Part shown: piece after piece, positions 45,258-59,760 of the stretch
Position numbering within the stretch: position 1 is the stretch's first letter
How the letters are laid out: every line of letters begins with the position of its first letter
Source of the DNA: the human T2T-CHM13v2.0 reference genome, Homo sapiens
Assembly: GCF_009914755.1 (NCBI RefSeq)
Contig: NC_060927.1
Reading direction: 5' to 3' (one strand)
DNA length: 64,000 nt
Notes under the pieces: model-generated
Databases searched by the model: none
Told to the model about the DNA's origin: nothing
The model's input: only the letters and a program-made list of their open reading frames with translations
Translations under genes and position numbers: made by a program

Positions 45258-45344
45258 CACGCTGCAGACTTGGAAAAGAAGCAGAATGAGACAGAAAACA
45301 GGAAATTGCTGGGGACCGTAATCCAGTATGGCAATGTGATCCAG
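45258..45344 (+). CDS. ITPR1: ITPR1 exon 6, ~H94-Q122
   Basis: tgcacag|CACGCT...ATCCAG|gtaggt; 87 nt; [29 protein letters not shown]. Confidence 0.98.
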
Positions 45345-47244
45345 GTAGGTCAAGGCAGCTCTTCCCTTCTGAAGCTGAAGCGTTACAAAGAATGCAGCTG
45401 AGGAAACAAACACCTAAGACAGGGTTTGGACACCTTTACAGCAGGACTCCATGGAGGCAGCCAGTTTATTGCAAAAAGTCTAGTGTTTCTTGTTAGATGT
45501 GATAGACTCTTTGGGCTATTCTGCTGGTCATCTCTCAGCGTGAGCATCTACTTCTCTCTGTCTGTGGCTGATCATTTCACTCCAGACACTTCAAATGGGA
45601 AGCTTCCTACTTGAAAAGGAACCTGGCTGTGGCAGTTCTGTTTAATTTGTAATGCTTGAAAATTCTTCCTATTCGGTGAAAATTAGCTTCCCTATAACTT
45701 TTATCTACTGGCCAAAAACAGCTGCTCCCAGGAGGTAATAAGAGCAATTCTGTACCTTTGGGACTTTTTAAATAAAAAATATTTATCATTTTGATACATT
45801 TTATACTTATCAAAAATATTTGATTGTTTTCATGTCTACTCTCATGGGTTGCTTATCCTTTGTGCCTTTAAATTTGCCGTGGAGATAAAACACAATCCAG
45901 GAAAAGCTAAACAGGTTTTGCTCAGAAGATCTCTCTGGGTCCATGCCAGTCTTGCAGGAAGCCCAGGGCCACATGTGGCTTTCTTGATTTGTCCAGGCAC
46001 AAAGAGTAGTAGTTACCAACTATTGAGCACCTAGACCCATTTGGTGATCTTCCTTCATTATTTTCCTTTTTGAAAGATTTTGCCTGCTATGTAAACCTTA
46101 CTAATTACATAGGAGTCCTTCCCCTTTCTCTTGCTATTAGGTATAGAGCAGGGCTAATCAGGAAGATGGGAACACTAGTAAAAGATTAGTAAAAGCAACC
46201 TTTGGGGGTTAAATGGGTTCTTTACATTAGGCCTTTTGAAATAGTGAAAGTAGCTTCCAAAATCTGCTTGAAGATTAGATCCTGCCAGTCCCACTCATGC
46301 ACTTCCTCCTCCTTAAGTTCCATCCTCTTCAGAATGGACACAGGTGTCCAGGTGGGCTTCAAGTTCAATGTCAGCTTTATTACTAGGCCAGGCCAGTGCC
46401 CTGAAATTCAGAGTACAAGACTTCCTGATTTGGTTAGATTGGAGAATATGGCTTGAAATGAAGATGAAAGGTGCAGAGGCTAAGGACATAAACTTTTAAA
46501 TGCATTCCGGTTTAGGTTTTGTACCTCACTGTGAGATTTGGGGCAAGAAATCTTGCCATGTATCACTTTGCTCACCAGCAAAATGGAAATGGTAATGGCA
46601 TCTGCTCTTTAGGATGGTTGAGAGGTGCCTGTCCCAGAATAAGCTGTGGATACACCATAATTAATCTTAGTTATTATTACTTCCCCCAGCCCTGGATCTT
46701 GGGGCCTACCTGTAGGTAACTTTCGTTTATAAACAAACTGAGTCTGGCACCTAGACAGATGTGTGCAGGACCAGAGGTTACTCACCAGGGGAACAGTTGA
46801 GGGGTTGGGAAGACGTTGCCTTCTCCTTATTTATTTTAGCTAGGGGTCATCGGGGCTTATGGATCAGACAGGTTATTCTTCTACCTCCAACTGCGCTGTT
46901 CGGGGATTTGGAGGACCTCCTAACAGTTCTAGCAGCTGTATCTGTTACATGTGAAAAGGAGGATAATCGCAATTAGCAATGGAGTCTTATGCTGGTTGTA
47001 CCATTTCTCAAGGGATTGGGCAGTCTTTCGTATTCCCTTCCGCTTTCTCTTATAGCCTGTTGAGTTGGGAAGCCTTGGCCAACTCTTTCTGGTCTAGACT
47101 GACTATCAGACACGTTATATCCCCTCTAGGTCTTCAGTCTTTCCATATTCCTCATGTAATTATTACCCCAAAGTCAAGAATAAAGTACTTGGAAATTCAA
47201 GCCATTTTTTCCAAATGAAATGACAATCCCCTAAAGGGGTTGCA

Positions 47245-47548
47245 TTTTATTTTATTTAATTTTTTTAGAGACAGCGTCTTGCTCTGTCACCCAAGCTGGA
47301 GTATAGTGGTGTGATTTCGGCTCACTGTAGCCTGCAACTCCTGAGCTCAGGTGATCCTCCCACCTCAACCTCCTGAGTAGCAGGGACTCCAGGTGTGTAC
47401 CCCCACACTTGGTTAATTTTAAATATTTTGTAGAGACAAGATCTCCCTGTGTCGCCCAGGCTTGTCTCAAACTCCTGGGCTCAAGCAGTCCTTCTGCCTC
47501 TGCCTCCCGAAGTGCTGGGATTACAGACATGAGCCACTTCGCCTGGCC
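47245..47548 (-). mobile_element. AluJ-like
   Basis: Antisense Alu body. Confidence 0.93.
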
Positions 47549-47965
47549 CTGCGTTGTTTTTTAAACTGTTGCCTGTGCTCAGAGTGGCCTTCCTCAGCTC
47601 CACCTTTGTGTCAGGGCATGCCACACTGCAGTTCCTTAGCCCGTTCACATAGGGCTAGGTCCACCCCACTGACGGATGGCAGGTTATGATGGCACAGTTG
47701 ACCTGAGCAACATCCATCTTGTCCAAGGCTTTGCTGAAAAATAAAACATGATAGTTTTTCTTGTATTCTGCCCTCTCTTTCTGCTCCCTTTTCTCTTCTT
47801 CCTTTTCTAATCATCTGCAGCCGTAGGCACTTTGTGATTCTCTGGCTTCACCAGCAGCTCAATGGTGGGAGGAATGTTTGCTACATAGTTGGTATGATTG
47901 AGAGAAGGAATGGTAGAAAATTCAGATTTGCTGACACTCACTTTATTCTCTTGGTGGGTTTTTAG

Positions 47966-48124
47966 CTCCTGCATTTGAAAAGTAATAAATACCTAACAGT
48001 GAATAAGAGGCTTCCTGCTCTGTTGGAGAAGAATGCCATGAGAGTCACATTGGACGAGGCTGGAAATGAAGGGTCCTGGTTTTATATTCAGCCATTCTAC
48101 AAGCTGCGATCCATTGGAGACAGC
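47966..48124 (+). CDS. ITPR1: ITPR1 exon 7, ~L123-S175 (includes Y167)
   Basis: tttag|CTCCTG...GACAGC|gtaagt; 159 nt; [53 protein letters not shown], also seen in ORF 47975..48178. Confidence 0.99.
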
Positions 48125-49329
48125 GTAAGTGCGGATTCTCCACCTAGAAAGTCTTCCGTGCCATGCTTCCAAGCATGACTGTATATTAGAGTTAAGGAGG
48201 AGACGTTGAAAGTTGGAACCAGAGGCTTGTCCTGTGTAAAGAGAAGGGAATTGCTATGGAAACTAGTGTTTGGGAAACAGGGAACTGTGGAGAGAAGTGT
48301 GACCTAAATACTGTCACTGTGTTTTTCCTCCTGGATGTCTGAAAACATTGTATGAACAGCCCATTGCGTTAGGAACTTTACCACAAAAACAGCTATTCCG
48401 TGTTAATGTCCTGGAGAGGGTCCCTGTCATTCCAGATCCATTAGTGGAATAGAAATATCTTTTCTATTTTGGAAATAAAGTTCATAAAGGATAGAGGATG
48501 GAAAAGAAACAACCGTAGTAAAGAAGGAGAGTAGAATTTGGGATCAGCCTCATTTGTTGCTGTGTCGAGAAGCCGGCAGGCTCCCCGTCGTGTTCAGCAA
48601 TGCAGTAGGTCTGGAGCAGGGCCCACTCCTGAGGGTTCCACAGTATATAAAGCCACAGGAAGGCTTTTCAGGGAGACTTAGAGCAGTCCTGATATTTGTT
48701 GGCTGAATTAGTCAGCCATTACGTGGGCATATACTTCACAGTGACTGTGGTTAAATTCTATCAGCTGTATTTTTGACCTTGTTAACGATTCTAAAGTAGC
48801 TGCTTTTTATTGAAAAATATGCCGCAAACAGCATGAAATAGTCTCAAAATGCTCAACCAGCCTTAACTTTAAAACTGGTTTTGACACTTTTTAATAGTGC
48901 CATTTAAATTTACAAGCTTTGGGAAGTTTAAATATGTTTGTGTATTTGTGTGTATAAGATAGGGAATGTACCAGAAACATCTAGTACCAGACCATTCCCT
49001 CATAGTTGGTAAATAATTGATCCTTAACAGTGAACAGAAAGAAAAGCCCAGTAAAACTTAGGTTTCACCAAAAGTGTTGGATTTATTGAATGAACTTATA
49101 TTCATTTGGAGTTAGAGAAAATTCAATTGTATATGCTCCTCAAATGTGATAAGCTTGAAAATAGATGGTTTTTCATGTTAGGAAACCATCTTTTCTAACC
49201 AAAAATAAAAGACAAGTGTGCCTTGTTCTGAATTTCATTTTCAGCACATCCTTTGGTTTCCTATCCTTTAAACGAATCTGTGTGTGGCCATGGCTTAGTT
49301 GAGAAGATGAGATGGACTTGAATTTAAAA

Positions 49330-49620
49330 TAATATTTTACAAAGAATAGGTGTAGACCCATTTGTGGGCCATGAAATCAATTTAGTGGCTTGTGACTATC
49401 CTTTTTGAAAGTGGGATAGAACAGAAAGATCAGACTGTGTTACATCACATAATGATAAGTATTGTTTTTTTGGGGGGGGGTAACTTTTGTTTTAGTTACA
49501 TATATATATAGTATTATAATTATAGAAACATGCGTATAAGTCTCAATGGCTGTATATATGACTTGATCATAGACAATGTATTTCCGAATGTTATAGTAAA
49601 AATATGAAAGTAATTGTTTT
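49330..49620. mobile_element. hAT-Charlie-like MITE remnant
   Basis: gacccatttgtgggccatgaaatcaatttagtgg; subfamily uncertain. Confidence 0.45.
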
Positions 49621-50007
49621 AGAAACATAAAGTTATGGCTTTGTCAAAGATAAAGACTTACTCTGACTCTATCTTGTTTTTTCTTAAATTTAGTTAAAAC
49701 TTATTTATATAGGTACCTTAAACTGAACAGTTTTTTTTTTTTTTCCTGCTCTGAACTGGCTTTGAAACATCTCTGTATAATCAGTGACACTCGAGGAACA
49801 ACATTCAGGCTTAGCCTTGTAAACATGACCCCCTCTGCACAGGGTCAGGTTTTAAAGAAGGCGTGGTGTGTGCTACATCTTTATACTTGCTGGGGATAGG
49901 CCTTGCCTTCTTCAGCACAGACTCATATGTCTTCTAGAACTGCCCAGTGGTCAATCCGCAGTCCTTATCAGTTTTGTGCAAAGCTCTATTGCTCCTTTCC
50001 ATTCCAG

Positions 50008-50106
50008 GTGGTCATAGGTGACAAGGTGGTTCTGAACCCCGTCAATGCTGGTCAGCCCCTACATGCTAGCAGCCATCAACTGGTAGATAACCCAGGCTGC
50101 AATGAG
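50008..50106 (+). CDS. ITPR1: ITPR1 exon 8, ~V176-E208
   Basis: ttccag|GTGGTC...AATGAG|gtaagg; 99 nt; [33 protein letters not shown]. Confidence 0.99.
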
Positions 50107-50599
50107 GTAAGGACATTGAGTTATGTGTGTGGGTGTGGTTATCCTGCAGGAGCGGGTCTGGCAGGCGCCAGTGCATGCGTGTGCTGAGAGTGACTTCAGC
50201 AGTGACTTGGGGCAGGGTGCCCATTCTGCAGGTGAAGAAACAGGCCCAGGGTCAAGGCTGCCGTGTAAGGTTGTGCAACTGTGTGCAGTGGGTAGTAGAT
50301 GTGGGCTGATACTCACTCTAGTGCTCAGTTTGTGAAGCCTTGCGTCACTGAGGGGTTGTTTTTTCATTGGTGAAGCCAGAGATGAACCCTTTTACTAATT
50401 TTTTTCTGGCCATAGGAGCACCTTTTTCTAATTTGTCTCCATATACAGGGTGCCTCTTTTTAACTGTTCAAAAAGGAACACTGCAGCTTATCAGCAGCCC
50501 TGCAAGAGTGATAGCTTGCTTTTGGCAATACATCTACTTCTCCTCTAAATTAGCAATTATAGGATGCAAGGATGTTACTTCCTTGTGACATAAATATTT

Positions 50600-50850
50600 G
50601 TCTGATGGGTAAAGACATAAACTCTTCAGTGGGATAGATGTGGGTTCACATCCTGTCTGCCTTTCCAAGCTCTGTGACGGCAGGTTGGTTACCCGGTCTC
50701 CCTGCATATCAGTTTCCTTATCTCTGAAATGGGGGCGGCGGTCGGACCTATTTTTCAGGGTGTTGCCAAGAATTAAAGGAGATTGTGCGTGTTAGCACCT
50801 AAACCTAGTGCCTGGCACAGATTTAGTGCACAAACAATGGCTGCTGTTGT
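50600..50850 (+). mobile_element. MIR
   Basis: tcagtttccttatctctgaaatggg...gtgcctggcacag. Confidence 0.7.
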
Positions 50851-51258
50851 TAACAATGATCATTAACATTTTCGAGTGTATACACTGGACTCATTTTTTT
50901 TCCCTTTATGGCTCATCCCATTTTATAAGTACTTATTTTCATCAGGCCTTTACTTTCTGGCTACAGAACAAGAGACTTGGAGGAAAATGAAAATATCATT
51001 CCAGAAAGGCAGGAGGCTTGGTTCCATTAGTCATGGTTGGAATGTGCATGGTGATTGGTGCAAATGAACCATTTATTTCCAAACTCTGCCAGCAGGCCAG
51101 TTGATTTTGCAGGTGCTGTGATTTTAGTGGCGTCAATCTTTAGAGTTTTTAGTCTCAAGTACAGCCTTGCTTCCTAGGCTGCGGTGAGAAGTCTGGGGGC
51201 TGGATGACACAGTTGTTGTGAGGGGTACGTGAAAAAATAACTCGAATCTGTGTTTCAG

Positions 51259-51342
51259 GTCAATTCCGTCAACTGCAATACAAGCTGGAAAATAGTCCTT
51301 TTCATGAAATGGAGTGATAACAAAGACGACATATTAAAGGGG
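51259..51342 (+). CDS. ITPR1: ITPR1 exon 9, ~V209-G236 (suppressor domain / IP3-binding core boundary)
   Basis: tttcag|GTCAAT...AAGGGG|gtgagt; 84 nt; [28 protein letters not shown]. Confidence 0.98.
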
Positions 51343-51453
51343 GTGAGTTTGATGCTTTATGGGCTGAGCATTACTTGGCTCTTCTTGGGGGCAGCAGTCT
51401 AATTCTCTTTTTAAATTCTTTTTTCCTTAATTCTTTCTTGTGTTGACTGTCAG

Positions 51454-51600
51454 GGTGACGTGGTGAGGCTGTTTCATGCTGAGCAGGAGAAGTTTCTCAC
51501 CTGTGACGAACACAGGAAGAAGCAGCACGTCTTCCTGAGAACCACGGGCCGGCAGTCGGCCACATCTGCCACCAGTTCAAAAGCCCTGTGGGAGGTGGAG
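51454..51600 (+). CDS. ITPR1: ITPR1 exon 10, ~G237-E285 (IP3-contacting R265, T267, R269)
   Basis: tgtcag|GGTGAC...GTGGAG|gtaagg; 147 nt; [49 protein letters not shown]. Confidence 0.99.
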
Positions 51601-52789
51601 GTAAGGGTAGGGTGGAGAAAGGGCTCCTGGGTTTAGAGGATATCAGCCTGTATATAGGCTCTCTCTCTCTCTCTATCCTACAAATATTCATACATACATA
51701 TACCTATATGTGTCTATACACCCACATACACACACCTGCACACACACACAGAATACATGTGTGTGTGTATATATAAGTCACAAACAAGTACTTATACCCA
51801 CCTTATTCCAAAAATGGGTTGGGGATGGCATAGTGAAGTAAGTGCATCATGGCATATCATGGTGCTGCATATTTGTGCAGAAGGAAAGAATAAGTACTTT
51901 GGAAACAAACTCAAAAACGAAATTAGAAATAGCTTTCTCTGAGCCATCTAATCCCTTCTATTGTTTTCTTTCCCTTGCTCATTTATCTATCACAACAATA
52001 TTTAACCAGGTGTCTACCTGACACAATACATAGGTGATGCCCACATTGGTGATGGGGCAGAAATGAGAAGATATACACCCAGATAACTGGAACACACAAG
52101 GGGATGGTGAAGGTGGTAAGAGGCATATTCCACATGCTCTGGAGGTTTCAGTGAGAGAGGGTGAATGTCTGGGTGGGTGAAGAATTAAGGAAGACTTCCT
52201 GAAGGAGATAGCATCTGATCTGGTACCTGCAGGATGATTTGTATTTCAGAAGGAAGAGATGAATGGAGTAGGTTACTTCATGTAAGAGAATGGTGCAGAA
52301 TGTGGAAACGTGAAGCAGCGTGGGATAAAACTCAGTAACTTGTTTGGTGAAGGGCACGGGATAGGCATGGGAAATTAAACAGAACTGTTTTTGGAGACCA
52401 GAGGCTGAAGGGCCATATATCCAGGCTATAGGGAGTTGGGATTTAATTTATGGGCAGGGGAGAAATTTGGAAAGTTGTTTGAGGAAGGGAATAACATAAT
52501 CAGTGTGCAACTTAAAGAAGCTAGAAGATTCTGCCCACAGCATGTAATTTGTTGTAAGGAGAGTCTAGAATTGCAGGACAAAGAAGGAAATGTTCTGAAT
52601 GCTTGGTGAAAGAGGCAATGAGAGCTTCAACTAACATGGAGCTCTTTCTTCACCTCAAGCCTTCCTTTCTGTGTAATTGCAGCATGAATTAGAATTCTAA
52701 TTCAAATTTCTAATTTGAATAGATAAATTTTTCTGTCTCTGCTTGCGTTCTCTTTTCCTCCTCCCTAGCTTCAATTGTTTCATGTTGCT

Positions 52790-54037
<1,248 letters not shown>

Positions 54038-54388
54038 GGATCAAGTTCATCTTGGGCATTGTATAGAAAAGTTTCCACAGTTATGATAAAAAGGAATCTA
54101 TATAAAGTTTTTGTTAATTCCCACCCTCTATCCATTTTCCCCTTTCTTCCTCCTCTCTACATGCATTTGCCCTTTAGTTACTCTATGTGTCTACACAGGG
54201 ACCTGTCAATCCTACTAGATTATAAACTCCTTGAGAGACGTCAGAATGAAATATCAGTTGTCAGATTCTTTTAACAATTATGTCTTCAGAGTTTTTGCTT
54301 TAACATCTATAAAAAGGTTCATTTTCTCATTTTAAGCTAATTAAATACTCTGGGTAAAACAGATCACTCATTTGCCTATGACCTTTTA

Positions 54389-54703
<315 letters not shown>

Positions 54704-55523
54704 TTACAATACTGTACATATGCTTACTCTAAATTTGCATTGACTGTGCTTTAGTGTATTTGTAAATGGTGAACTCAGTTTCTGAAATAAAACTTGTTGT
54801 TTGCAAAAGAAAAACCTGCAAAAAACAAAATTGCTTGAGAGGCAGAATTTGGTCTTGAACTTTGTCATTGAAGATTGATGCCCCATGGTCCCCACCACAG
54901 AGTTTTTTACATTCAGAACAGTCTCTCAGAACCACTTCTCATGTGTAATTTGGATACTGGTACAAAAAAAAATGGAGACTTTCTCATCTTTCAGAGTTAG
55001 TTTAAAGTAATAATGCAAACTAAGGAAACATAGAAAATCAAGAAAACAAGGGAAGAAGTGAAGTGTTGTTTCACTGATTTAATGTGCCTACTTCCATTGA
55101 GCTGTTTTTCTATGAACAGGATATTTTTGCATAGTTGATACCATTTTATAAACAATTTTCCACCTTGTTCTCCTGAATTTCTTAGGAAGACGTTGAATAG
55201 TTCTTTCTCTCATTTTTTAAAATGGATTCTGGAAAGTCAAGTGCCCCTCAAAATAAAAGAGGGAAGACAACACCATGTATTTTATATTTGTAGTAATGAG
55301 CCAGGGTTTACATTATATGTCTGTAGCTTATTGATCACCCCCAAACAAATACTATGCTCATTAGCAGTCATTCCCTATTTCCCCTTCAATATCCTCCCAT
55401 TCTCCTGCGCTTGGTAGCTAATCTACTTCCTATCTCTGTAGATTTGCCAGTGCTGAATGTTTCATATAAACAGAATCCTATCATATATGGTCCTTCATAT
55501 CTGACTTCTTTCACCTAGGATGA

Positions 55524-55886
55524 TGTCTGAGTCCAAATCAGGCTGCTGTTATAAAATATCATAAACTGGGTTGCTTATAAATATCAGAAATGTATTTCTT
55601 ACAGTTCTGGAGGCTGGAAATCTAAGATCAAGGCACTGGCAGATTCAGTGTCTGGTGAGGGCACTCTTCCTGGTTCATCTGCTGTGTCCTCACATGGCAG
55701 AAAGAGAGGGGACTTTCTGGGGTCTGTTTTATAAGGGCAGTGTTCTTATTCATCAAGACTCGGCCTCATGACCTAATCACCTCCCAAAGGTGAAGTATAA
55801 CGTAAACGATCTCCTAATACTATAACCTTATGGGGTAGGTTTCAACCTATGAATAATGAGAGGACACACACATTTAGACCATACCA
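55524..55886 (+). mobile_element. MLT1A-type MaLR solo LTR
   Basis: tgtctgagtcc...cttacagttctggaggctgg...catgacctaatcacctcccaaagg...catttagaccatacca. Confidence 0.85.
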
Positions 55887-56477
55887 GGTAACATGTTGAA
55901 AGTGTATTCATATTGCCACATGTATCAGTACTTCATTTCTTTTTATTGCCAAGTAATATTCCATTGTATGGTTGTATCATATTTTATTTACCCATTTATC
56001 ATTTAATAGCATTTGGATTGTTTTCACATTTTGGCTCCTGTGAATAAGTCATCTGCTGCTATGAACATTCATATACAACTTTTTATGTGGATATATGTTC
56101 TCAAGGTTCTTGGGAGCAGACTTCTGGGTCATGTAGGAATTCTATTTTTGACCTTCTGAGGAACTGCCAGAATGCCTTCCACAGTGAGTGGCTGCACCAT
56201 TTTTTATTCTCACCAGCAGTGTGTCAGCGTCCCAGTTCTCCATGTGGCCTTCATTTTGAAGGACTTTTTGTTGGATATAGAATTCTAGGTAGATAGTTTT
56301 TTACTTTAAAGATTTTGATCCATTGTCTTTTGGCTTGCATCATTTGTGATTATTCGATGGGTTAAAAAAATGTTCCTTGTATATAGTGTCTCTGCCATGC
56401 ATCCTACCCCAACCTCAGCTGCTGTAAAGATTTTTCTTTTTTATTTCTAGTTTACATTAATCTGATTATGATATGCC

Positions 56478-56480
<3 letters not shown>

Positions 56481-56526
<46 letters not shown>

Positions 56527-56543
56527 CTGTCTGTGTCTGTGTG
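56481..56543. repeat. (GT)n microsatellite, ~21 perfect units plus an imperfect tail
   Basis: Seen directly. Confidence 0.97.
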
Positions 56544-57996
56544 TTTACCTTGCTGGAGTTCATTGAGTTTCTTGAATCTATGGGTATGTGTCAAATGGGA
56601 AAACTTTGAGTCATTATGTTTATGAGTCAAATATTTCTCCTGCCCTGACCAACCCACGCAGACATGTGCTGGGTCATTTGATATTGTCTGACAGGTCCTG
56701 CGTTCATGGGTCACGTTTTTCTGATTCTTTGTCTAGTCCTTTATTTACTGAACATTGTAATACAAGTTTGTTGAGTATGTGGAGTCTGTTGTTCTTTAAA
56801 GAGTACTGAATTTTCTTTTGTTGTACACTAAAGTGACCTGTGGATCCCTTTGCTCCTTTGAAGGCTTATTTTCAAGCTTTATTCAGCCAGGTGTTGTGTA
56901 GAGTTAATTTTGGGGCTAGGTTAACTCCTCTTCCAAGATGGGACCCCTTTGATGTGTCTACTAACGCACAGGGTGTTCCACATGATCCCTCAGCTTTGGC
57001 TTTCCAGAATCAGGACTCCTCCCAGCCCTGTGTGCGCTCTGGGAAAGTTCAGCTTTCAGACTCCTTGTTTTTCTTCATTTGGCTTCATAGGGTCTTGCCT
57101 TATGCATATGCAGTCTGATGTTCAGCCAAAAACTCAAGGGAGCCTCCTGTGCAGACTTCCAGAGCTTTTTCTGTGTGTAGTTCTGTATGCATTAGTACCC
57201 CATCCCCACAAATTCTAGCTGCCTCAGTCTCCCTAAACTTTGATCTGTCTCCTTAACTCCATGAGCTTCATGCCCTCAGCTTGGATTCTTCCTCCCTATG
57301 CTGCCATCCAGAGAGGACCCTCAGGTAGAAAATCAAAGCAATAGCCAAGCTGGCCTTGTTTGTTTCCCTATTCTCAGAGATCACCATTGTGTACCACCAG
57401 TTGTCCAACGTGTGAACACAGTTGTTTGGGATATTTTATCCAGTTTTCTAGTTGTCTATGGCAATTTCATCTATTCTCTGCAGTGTCTAATTGTTTATGG
57501 CACCAACTACCACTGCTAGTTAACTCTGTCATGGCCAGAAGCTGATGTGACATTTATTTTTCTGATACATTGGCCCAGGCTCTGAGTTTCACATTTCAGA
57601 GCACAGGCCTGCGTGTGTGTTCTAGCACATGAGTACATGCGTAGATTGCTTCGACAGTTCTCCACGAAAGTCCTTTTTATTGGCTGTGCTTTTGGTAGGT
57701 AAATTTCAGAATCTGCTACTTCATTATGGCTAAGGCAAATAACCTGAAAACCACTGAAGTTTTTATTCCAACCATTGTATGTTAACTAGGAGACTCGATG
57801 CCTTCTTTGGAGAGACACTGCTTACTTTTCAGTTTGGATGCTACATGTGACACTGGCAATGGGTTTGTTGAAGATGCTGATTTTCTTTTTCTAGCTTATA
57901 AACATCCCTCCTGAACTATGACTTGTGATACCTCCGATTTAATGTCTTCCTAGTGTAGGTTGACATTTCATTGACTCCTGTTGATCATTCTTGCAG

Positions 57997-58092
57997 GTGG
58001 TCCAGCATGACCCATGTCGGGGCGGAGCAGGGTATTGGAACAGCCTTTTCCGTTTCAAGCATCTGGCCACGGGGCATTACTTGGCAGCAGAG
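57997..58092 (+). CDS. ITPR1: ITPR1 exon 11, ~V286-E317
   Basis: ttgcag|GTGGTC...GCAGAG|gtaagt; 96 nt; [32 protein letters not shown]. Confidence 0.99.
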
Positions 58093-58548
58093 GTAAGTAG
58101 CAGCTCCTGTGGTTTTCTCTTTCAAGCCTGACGCACCTCACCGCCTTTCCTCATTCGCCTGTAGCCGTCGTGTTGTAAAAGGCTTAGGGAAATACACTCC
58201 GTCACCTTGCTTTTCCTCCTGTTTTTCTGTTTCCTTCTGATTCATTTTCCTAGAAGAGTCAAAAATGATTACCACATTTTGGTAGGTGACAGGGATGCTG
58301 ATCAAGATGTGGGGAGAAAGTAAGTTAGAAGATCATGCCGATCTAGGTTTTCGGTATTATTTTCCATTTCGCTTTTATATACGACCCTCCCCACGTCTTG
58401 TCTACCAGCCCCACACCTAGCATGAGCGACTGAGGCTGCAGCAGAAACATGATATGTGGAACCGGAAGCACTAAGACGTATAAGGAATTAGATAATCTTA
58501 TAAAGAAATTTGGCTACTCAGAGCATTAGTGGAATAGACAGTGGCTTA

Positions 58549-58933
<385 letters not shown>

Positions 58934-59715
58934 TTAATTTTTGTATCAAATGAAGCAGCCATCCTACTGTGTGACATGTCGAGCTTTACTCTGATCTGCT
59001 GGGAGATGTATGATGCATATTTCTATCAGATTCTAGTCGTGCATCAAAAGACCCCCACTGTTGTCTGGGACCACCCATGAGACTACTGAGAGATTTCCAA
59101 GGTGATGGTGGGTGTCAGCACTGCTCCTGTGCCTGACCCGAGGAAGGCTGGCTCTTAAGTGTGCTCAGCCCCCCACGGTGCCTAATACATGAAGTGATGA
59201 TTTTGATATATTTAAGAACTGAAGATCAAGAACTCCAAGTTCAAATTTGAGATAAAGCCATAGGGAATTACAGACCCAGCTAATCAGCTGTGAGAGATGA
59301 TTTATGTGGTTTCCTGAAGACTAATGGTGGTGGCATTATCTGTCATGTTTTGAAGCTAATGTAGCTCTTGCTGGAGGCCTACATTTTTTATTTTTAGCTA
59401 AAAATAGGATTATCAGTGACTGTGTATTGATCTTTTATTCATCTCAGGCTTTTAACTATTGCTTTGCCAGTGAATTCATTGTCTTCCTCTGTCTATACTT
59501 GAGAGCCGTCTCTTGGTGACTGGTGGATGTTCCATGTGTGCTGTACCCATGTGACCTGTATCATTGTCGTGGCATGCTGGTTTTGTGAACAGAGGGAATG
59601 GACAAGTTCTTAGCTGTTCAAGGATGTTTGCAGGCCTTGAAGTCTCCTGCAAGTGGGGCCCAGTCCTTAAGAAAGCAATGGATGTTTTAATTTCCTAATG
59701 ATTCTTTTTCATCAG

Positions 59716-59760
59716 GTAGACCCTGACTTTGAGGAAGAATGCCTGGAGTTTCAGCCCTCA
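59716..59760 (+). CDS. ITPR1: ITPR1 alternatively spliced SI exon (15 aa, ~318-332)
   Basis: catcag|GTAGAC...CCCTCA|gtaagt; 45 nt; VDPDFEEECLEFQPS, the known SI insert; branch-point-like CCTAAT at 59694-59699. Confidence 0.97.

Larger units (their letters stand above)
55330..57560 (-). mobile_element. Antisense old L1M fragments interrupted by an MLT1A LTR and a (TG)n repeat
   Basis: ctaatctacttcctatctctg, ttccattgtatgg, ctgctatgaacattc, ctgaggaactgccag, tatagaattctagg. Confidence 0.7.

Noticed and set aside
56481-56543. Long (TG)n as a marker of a TDP-43 cryptic exon
   Set aside because: I found no convincing adjacent donor/acceptor pair
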